A program made the position numbers and the translations under genes. Under the pieces are notes generated by a model that saw only the letters and a list, made by a program, of their open reading frames with translations, made no database searches and was not told the origin of the DNA. Below are positions 57,366-64,000 of a DNA stretch of 64,000 nt, in pieces. The DNA lies in assembly GCA_965197645.1 (NCBI GenBank), contig OZ240219.1, positions 1,984,001 through 2,048,000 on the forward strand, given 5' to 3'. The DNA is from Dehalococcoidia bacterium (GTDB lineage Bacteria; Chloroflexota; Dehalococcoidia; Plut-88900). Position 1 is the first letter of the stretch; each line of letters starts with the position of its first letter.

Positions 57366-58808
57366 TGAATGATTGTTGAGGGGTCTCGCATCCGGGTTGA
57401 GGAACCTATGTTATCGTCCCGCAGTCCAGAAGTGGTGACCCAACCACACTGCTCGCCAACGGGCAATGGAACTCCAAGGAAGTGGGGAACCAGGCGATGA
57501 TCCTACTCATGAGAGACCCCGCCGCGAGTGAGACCATTGACCGGCGCCTAGGGTATGCCGAATCCTCATCGGTAGGCGAGTTCGACGACCTCGAGCGCTC
57601 TGTCCATTGACATGGTGTGTCGGCGGTCGAAGGATAGGATGCCCGGGCCTACATCGGCGAGCAGTTTCTGGGACTGAGGGAAATTACTTGTAGAACACTT
57701 CCACTGAGACGAAGTGCATGGTGAACTCGAGCCGCCTAAGAGCAGCGCGGGAAGCATAGAGACCCGGGCGCCTGAGGCTGGCACCCAAAACCTTACTGTA
57801 GACAGAACTTTTGATTCGGTGGCGCCACTGCGAGCATTCCGGCATCGTTCTAGTCTCACGGACCAGATCCTAACGCGGAGGTTTATCTTGTGCCAATCTG
57901 AGCGGTTGAGAGGCACCGTTTCAGAAAACCTGGGAATTGGAGGAGGCAAGATGTACTGTAATGCGAATGGTGACTCTTGGGAGACAAACGACACGCAACA
58001 GGTAGTGTTTGTGGATAGCCAATTTGGATATGATCGCGCAGGTAAAGCAGTTCGATCGCTACTCCCACGCAAAGACAGAGACTAACCGGGAAGACGGGCT
58101 CGACCCTAACACAATGTGTCCATGCTAATGGAGGTCGAGAGACCGAGGTAGTCGCTACAAAGGAGTTTCAGCCCTGTTTTAGCACGCAGCGAGAACGGCC
58201 ACCATACCCCGAATCAATGGTTAACTCAGCGGCTCTCCGGTAGCAATCAGTGAGGTCAACGGCAGCCGCTGCTGATGGACCCCGACTTCGCACTGCCGTA
58301 AGAGGTTAGACCGCAGCCGTACCTTGTCAATCTACCCAGTCCGCGTCGTTCCAACCGGCGGAAACCGACAGCCGTTTGGACATCGGGCTGCAAGAAGCTC
58401 GGGACTCGCATTCTTGGTATGCTGACTGGTGGCGCGAGAGCTGGAACGGACCGTAAGACCACTGGCCCATGGTTGAGTGCCTCTCGGATGGGGGCAACAT
58501 CGATTGGTTCAAGCAGCTTGGTCCCGTGTGGTGACAGCGGGTGGCGAACGGGACCGTCGTGGACTGCATTGAGACGACAGCGGCGGCTAGGGCCAAGCAG
58601 CGAGGCACCTCTGCCGCGCTCTTCAACATCGTCCCCATGTACAGCCAATGAATCGGGTGGCATCCGGGGTTCAAGACATTAAGAAGCACCAGCTAAGCGG
58701 TTGCTTGTATGCACCCCATCATCTCGCCTCCCTTGACCTTCATCGGCCACGACGAGCCGCGGGGGATTGGCTCTGCCGGTAGTATAATCCGGGGAGAGCA
58801 ATAGCCAG

Positions 58809-59474
58809 ATGTGTGGTAGATACAGTCTCATAGCCGACCCGAGTGACCTGGCCCACCGGTTCGAGTTCGACGACAGCGACTTCAGCTACGATCCCGCCTA
58901 CAACGTCGCACCCACCGAGTCGGTGCTTACCGTGAGGAATGTCGAAGGCCGGGAGGCGACCTTCATGCGCTGGGGGTTGATACCCTTCTGGGCCAAGGAC
59001 CCAAAGATCGGGGCCAGAATGATCAACGCGCGGGCGGAGACGGTTGCCGAGAAACCCGCCTTCCGCAATGCATTGAAAAGACGGCGGTGCCTGGTTCTAG
59101 CAGATGGCTATTACGAATGGCAAAAGACACCGGCGGGCAGGAGGCCCTATCGCATAATCATGAAGTCGGGACAGCCCTTCGCCTTTGCGGGGCTCTGGGA
59201 ATCGTGGAATGACCCCCAGGGTAAGATAGTACCCTCTTGCACCGTTATCACCACCGGAGTCAATGCCTTCCTTTCCCCCATCCACAATAGGATGCCCGTC
59301 ATCCTGTCTCGGGATATAGAGGGAGTTTGGTTGGACCACCGCATAGAGGACGCCGCCGACCTCATGGGTGTCCTCTCTTTCTATACCAAGGAAGCCTTGG
59401 ACGTCTATGAGGTCTCGACGCTGGTGAACAATGCACGCAACGATTCTCCAGAAGTCATCGCTCGTGTGGACTGA
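58809..59474 (+). CDS. SOS response-associated peptidase (SRAP/YedK, abasic-site processing)
   Basis: N-terminal MCGRY, NVAP, WGLIP, INARAE, GYYEW, IHNRMPVIL; upstream TATAAT. Confidence 0.95.
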   Translation: MCGRYSLIADPSDLAHRFEFDDSDFSYDPAYNVAPTESVLTVRNVEGREATFMRWGLIPFWAKDPKIGARMINARAETVAEKPAFRNALKRRRCLVLADGYYEWQKTPAGRRPYRIIMKSGQPFAFAGLWESWNDPQGKIVPSCTVITTGVNAFLSPIHNRMPVILSRDIEGVWLDHRIEDAADLMGVLSFYTKEALDVYEVSTLVNNARNDSPEVIARVD

Positions 59475-59695
59475 TGTGTCTGAGATCCACAGGCGAGACA
59501 GCATCACGATTTGTAGTCGTCAAGTAAGTGCCCCTCATACCTGCGTCTAAGCTTGAGGATCGCAGCATTCAAACCGACAGGATAGATGGTCAAAGGCGGC
59601 AACGAGTCGATGCTGCCAGAGAGCGCCAAGCTCGGTGACGGGACCGAGTAGTTTCGAAAGGCCCTCGCTGGCGGGTAGGGTTGAGAAACACCGTG

Positions 59696-61465
59696 ATGCT
59701 CAGGCTTCTTAGCGTAACCAACTTCGCCACCATAGATCAGCTCGAAATGGAGTTGGCGCCCGGCTTCAATGTGCTGACCGGGGAGACCGGGGCCGGCAAG
59801 TCCATCATCGTGGATGCGCTGAGCCTTCTCCTGGGGGGCCGCGCCGACGACGGCATGGTACGCTCCGGGGCACGCCAGTCCCGAGTAGAGGGCATCTTCC
59901 TGCTCGACAGCGATCTGGCCCATAGAATCAACGTTGCCTTTGATGAATACGAGATTGACGACGGCGAAGGAGAGTTGATTCTCACTCGCGAGGTCAACCT
60001 GGATGGACGAAATACGTGCCGTGTGAACGGACGAATCGTACCCCTCAAGATATTGAGCGCTCTGGCCGAAAACCTAGTGGACATCCACGGCCAAAATCAG
60101 CACCTGTCACTACTCCGTGTAGGTGAGCACCTGGACATACTGGACCGGTATGGCGGGCTGGGCCAGCTTCCGGCCCAGGTGTCGGAGCGGGTCCACCAAC
60201 TAACGGAGATGCGGAGGGAGCTGGGCCAGCTCCAGGCTGAAGAGCAGCAACTTGCCCAACGGATCGATTTTCTAAGGTATCAGGTGGAAGAGATCGGAGC
60301 TGCCAATGTTCGCCTGGCTGAAGACGAAGACCTGGCCCAGGAGCGAGACCGGATCGCCAACGCGGAACGAATCATCGCCCTGTCCGACCATGCCTATCGA
60401 GCGCTGTACGATAGCATCGACCGGCAAGAATCGGCAATCGACCTCATGGGACAGGTGGCCCATGACCTCGCCCAGCTAGAGCAATTGGACCCCTCAATGA
60501 GCCCGCACGGCGAGTCGGTAGACACCTTGACACATCAGCTAGACCAGCTAGCGCGTACGCTTCGGAGCTATCGTGACAGCATCGAATACAACCCGGCCCG
60601 TCTTCATGAGCTCGAGGAGCGATTGGACTTGATCACGGGCCTGAAGAGGAAGTACGGCGGCACCATCGAGGAGGTCCTAGGCTTCGCCGAGAGAGCCTCT
60701 GAAGACCTTGAGGGTCTATACCACAGCGAACGGCGAGCGGAGGAGTTGAAGCCCCGGGAGTTGGAGCTTCGAGGGGAGGTCGGAAGGCTGGCGGGACAAC
60801 TCTCCGACGCCCGGCGGCATGCAGCCAAGCGCCTGGCTACTGCCATCGAGGAGGAGATCGCCGGGCTGGCAGTGAATCATACGCAGGTACACGTGGATAT
60901 CCGCCAGTCAGCTTCGAAGGATGGTGTGCCTGTTGAGACTGGAGACTCCTGTTCTAACTGCACGCCTGCAGGCGGAGAAGGCGTCAGGCGCTTCGCTTTC
61001 AACGACACGGGTATAGACTCCGTCGAGTTCTTGATCTCACTGAACCTGGGCGAACCGCCACGGCCTCTGGCCAAGATCGCCTCCGGCGGGGAAGCAGCCA
61101 GACTGATGCTCGCCGTAAAGACCATCCTGTCCAGCGCCGACCGGATTCCGGTTCTGGTGTTCGACGAGATAGACGCGGGCATAGGGGGTCGAATGGGGAG
61201 TGTGCTGGGCCGGAAACTATGGGATCTGTCCGAGAGCCGTCAGGTGTTGTGCGTAACCCATCTCCCTCAGTTAGCGTGCTACGCCGACCGGCACGTCAGG
61301 GTTGCGAAGCATTCGGGCCATGACAGAACCGTGACCTCCGTGGAGATTTTGACCGAGGAGGCCAAGGTGACGGAGCTTGGCCAGATGCTCGGCTCCGACA
61401 GCGGTGTATCCCGCAGCAATGCCCAAGAGATGCTGGAGCAAGCGATGAGGTGGAAGGAGGGTTGA
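59696..61465 (+). CDS. recN: DNA repair protein RecN
   Basis: Walker A TGETGAGKS, IHGQ, ASGGE signature, FDEID, THLPQ. Confidence 0.95.
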   Translation: MLRLLSVTNFATIDQLEMELAPGFNVLTGETGAGKSIIVDALSLLLGGRADDGMVRSGARQSRVEGIFLLDSDLAHRINVAFDEYEIDDGEGELILTREVNLDGRNTCRVNGRIVPLKILSALAENLVDIHGQNQHLSLLRVGEHLDILDRYGGLGQLPAQVSERVHQLTEMRRELGQLQAEEQQLAQRIDFLRYQVEEIGAANVRLAEDEDLAQERDRIANAERIIALSDHAYRALYDSIDRQESAIDLMGQVAHDLAQLEQLDPSMSPHGESVDTLTHQLDQLARTLRSYRDSIEYNPARLHELEERLDLITGLKRKYGGTIEEVLGFAERASEDLEGLYHSERRAEELKPRELELRGEVGRLAGQLSDARRHAAKRLATAIEEEIAGLAVNHTQVHVDIRQSASKDGVPVETGDSCSNCTPAGGEGVRRFAFNDTGIDSVEFLISLNLGEPPRPLAKIASGGEAARLMLAVKTILSSADRIPVLVFDEIDAGIGGRMGSVLGRKLWDLSESRQVLCVTHLPQLACYADRHVRVAKHSGHDRTVTSVEILTEEAKVTELGQMLGSDSGVSRSNAQEMLEQAMRWKEG

Positions 61466-61634
61466 TAACTCCTCCTCGTCCTGGAAACGTTCTCGTAACC
61501 GGGTCATGCCACATAGCTGCACAGCGGACTCGAACCGCAGGAGTTGTCCTTGCCCCAGGCTCCCTTTAACAGCTCCTCGTGTACAGCCCCGTTTCTTGAC
61601 CTCAGGACGGCCACCGGCAAGCCCTAGATTCTGT

Positions 61635-62312
61635 TTATCGCCACAGGTTGGGATCGGGTCGGTTCATCAGTCCGAAGCCCAGATATCCATACCAGATAAC
61701 CAACAGCACGTAGAAGCCCCGCGCCAGGGTGATAAAGGTGTCGCGTCCATCGTTGTAGAGTATAGCTATCATGAAAAAGACCATTACGGCCAGGCTGATA
61801 AGGGCGGCCAACAGGGAGATTATCCGGTTGAACTCGTCTCTTGTGGAGAGGCCCAACGCGAAGATGAAGCCGCCAAACCCAAGCGCAATCCCACCGGCGT
61901 CGACGAGAGCGGAGCCGGCATGGTAGATGGAAACCCTTTCCCTGATCTGATCACTGGTTTGGGCTTCGGCCAGGATGAAGTCGATGCCGCCGGATAGAAT
62001 CCAACTCAGTCCGACCAAGATGATGAAGAAGCCCATCTGAGCCAACGCCTTGCCGTTGCCCTGCAAGGTTACGTTCCGCATTAGCGCATAGAGGCCCGAG
62101 AGGATCACGGCCAGGCTAAGGATTATCGCGATGTTGGTTACATTGGTCAGCACGGCGTTGGCACCCTTGGCCGTTATGGAGCCAACGGCGTCTGACACGT
62201 CTACGCTGTCTATCAGTAGTCCACCCGGTTCTATGAGAAAGAAGACGACGGCGATTATCGGGCCGAATATGAGGGACAGACCCGCTAGCCGGTTCACTGA
62301 TATTGTGCCCAT
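61635..62312 (-). CDS. Multi-TM membrane protein (DUF4386-like)
   Basis: RBS AGGAGG before MGTISVNR; about six hydrophobic segments. Confidence 0.7.
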   Translation of the reverse strand: MGTISVNRLAGLSLIFGPIIAVVFFLIEPGGLLIDSVDVSDAVGSITAKGANAVLTNVTNIAIILSLAVILSGLYALMRNVTLQGNGKALAQMGFFIILVGLSWILSGGIDFILAEAQTSDQIRERVSIYHAGSALVDAGGIALGFGGFIFALGLSTRDEFNRIISLLAALISLAVMVFFMIAILYNDGRDTFITLARGFYVLLVIWYGYLGFGLMNRPDPNLWR

Positions 62313-62413
62313 GTTTGAACCTCCTTTGTGTGATGTCATGAAAAGGACCCTTTGGTTTCAATCCCTCCTAGCATACGTCCTGACGCTAGAGGTGTGGCAT
62401 TGCATTAGGAGAG

Positions 62414-62450
62414 TGACCTGCCCCCGATAGTTTTGCCACCCGCTAGGTTA
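62414..62450 (+). mobile_element. Possible orphan IS3-family terminal repeat
   Basis: TGACCTGCCCCCGATAG resembles IS3-family ends as recalled; no transposase or partner end seen. Confidence 0.35.
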
Positions 62451-63244
62451 GTCTCGTGGGGGTCCGTGCCTACCAACGTGTCCATAACACATCCTGACGG
62501 TTTAAGAGTACACAGCCCAGGGAACATGGAACTTGGGGGGAGGTGCGAGATACCGTATTACCCCAGACAGAAGACTCCAGCCTAGAATAGTCCGCTTCTT
62601 TTCTGCCTTTCAACCGAGCCGGTCACTAGGAGAGGGTCGGAGCCGGTACGTACTGCATGGCCCAAGAGATACGACACTCGGACTGTAACTGAGAATGTAG
62701 ATGCTCTGAACTTCGAAATCCAATGTGGCATCCAACGATGGACGAAACTCTACGAAATAGCCCATTACAGAATTATAGATCGGGGTGCTGGGTGAGTTAC
62801 TCGTGCGATACAACTCCTCCACCAACTGAACTGGAAAGCCTGCGCCATGCTTGTGATGGCCGGAGGGCCTGTAACCGGATTGTTAACTAGTTCTCTGTCC
62901 CGGCACGATTCTGGAGGCGTCCTGAGAGATGGTGTTGCCGTTGACGGTGCATATCTCATGCGGTGGTATCCGCCATGTACCGTTGCCTACCGAGCACGAG
63001 ATCATCTTCGAGCTATCTGTGAACTCCTGGTGGGCGCTAACCTTCAGTGGGCGACGTGTAGGAGACCCGCCGACTCTGTAGTCCATTTCGAACCCGACCT
63101 CGGATTGGGCCGGGGAGGTGGAACCTCAGGGAGAACCTCAAAGGATTGTTCTAGATGATTGTGGGGGCGATTGGTATTGGTGGTGGCTTTCTGACGGATC
63201 TTGAGTCCCGGCACTTACCGGCAAATTGAATCATGCAACCGCAC

Positions 63245-64000
63245 TCAGCAGTAACCGGGGATATCAGCTTCCCAGATATCGCAGGCAGTTAGCCCAGTGT
63301 GGTTATTGGCGTGTGGGTCGGCACCCCGTTCCAGTAGCAACTCTATGAACTCAGGTCGATAGTTGGGCCCCAGATCGTAGGAGGCCGCCACATGCAGCGG
63401 GGTGTTCCCTCGATTGTTCGTCGCTTGGATGTTTGCGCCCTTGTCCAGCAGAAACTCAGCTATCCACGGCGGGTTGCCGTCCTTGGTTGATATGTGTAAT
63501 GGTGTAGAACCAGCTTGGGTGGTGGCTTCAATATCGGCCCCGTGACGCAGTAGTAGCTCCAACACTTCCACATCAACCCTTCGATGTATCGCCATGTGCA
63601 ACGTAGTGTACCCATAGGAATTCTTGATACTTATGTCCGCGCCATAGTCCAGCAGCAACTCAAGCACTGCGGGGTCCTCGTTCCAATAAGCGGCCTTGTG
63701 CAATGGAGTATCGCCTCTATCGCCCAGCGCGTGTACATCTGCCCCTCGCTCAAGTAGTAGCTTGACCACCGATACCATGTTGGAACCGGCCGCAGCGTGC
63801 AATGGCGTGTCGCCGTCCCGGGCTTTGGCATTGATATCCGCGCCGAGATCCAGCAGCAACTCCACGATCCTCGGATCATTACTACTGAATGCTGCGCGGA
63901 TCAGTGGTGTAGTGCCAAAGTCGTTCGCTGCGTGAATGTCTGCACCGCGTTGGACCAGCATTTCTATGGTGTCCAGCCCATGACGTTCCAGGGCCGTGTG
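63245..64000 (-). CDS. Ankyrin-repeat protein (5' end outside the window)
   Basis: TPLH.AA...LLxxGAD repeats; the frame stays open to position 64000. Confidence 0.9.
   Translation of the reverse strand, partial: HTALERHGLDTIEMLVQRGADIHAANDFGTTPLIRAAFSSNDPRIVELLLDLGADINAKARDGDTPLHAAAGSNMVSVVKLLLERGADVHALGDRGDTPLHKAAYWNEDPAVLELLLDYGADISIKNSYGYTTLHMAIHRRVDVEVLELLLRHGADIEATTQAGSTPLHISTKDGNPPWIAEFLLDKGANIQATNNRGNTPLHVAASYDLGPNYRPEFIELLLERGADPHANNHTGLTACDIWEADIPGYC

Noticed and set aside
57400-58700. Several short ORFs between the PIN and SRAP genes
   Set aside because: No motifs, RBS pattern or consistent coding signal; likely decayed sequence.
63107-63170. Possible fourth att-like scar (gccggggagg..tggaacctca)
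   Set aside because: Only a short match to 4581-4607, and the FE(M/L)WLG core is missing.
1-64000. tRNA, rRNA or known riboswitch
   Set aside because: None recognised by eye; tRNAscan-SE and Rfam cmscan would be needed to exclude them.

Overview
GC-rich bacterial accessory region, most likely from a host-associated Chloroflexota/Dehalococcoidia-like genome (inferred from the protein repertoire only). It is dominated by secreted and lipoprotein surface proteins carrying eukaryote-like or adhesin repeats (ankyrin, RCC1, LRR, cadherin, Ig-like), flanked by two paralogous NarL-type two-component systems (1-1496 and 53981-55853). Embedded cargo includes a complete Pycsar anti-phage pair (cNMP-TIR effector plus PycC cyclase) and a two-gene HO-like diiron oxidase/enolase fusion plus GH3 ligase unit. 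The most unusual observations are: (1) two giant secreted proteins carrying a glucan-water-dikinase-like His + ATP-grasp module, one of them also with a PQQ sugar dehydrogenase domain; (2) a four-copy promoter module (TTACCA-N17-TAnnnT with an operator-like box) in front of each surface-protein unit, next to the second two-component system; (3) a cadherin adhesin with a dockerin-like tail next to a membrane-anchored cohesin-like protein, interrupted by an in-frame TGA at the apex of a perfect hairpin; (4) three consecutive secreted proteins ending in GGL; (5) four lipoproteins sharing one N-terminal cassette; (6) three att-like recombinase-tail scars; (7) two copies of a 143-bp MITE with 4-bp target duplications. 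The right end holds a PIN protein, SRAP, recN, a membrane protein and a partial ankyrin gene. All calls come from reading motifs by eye; no database search was run.
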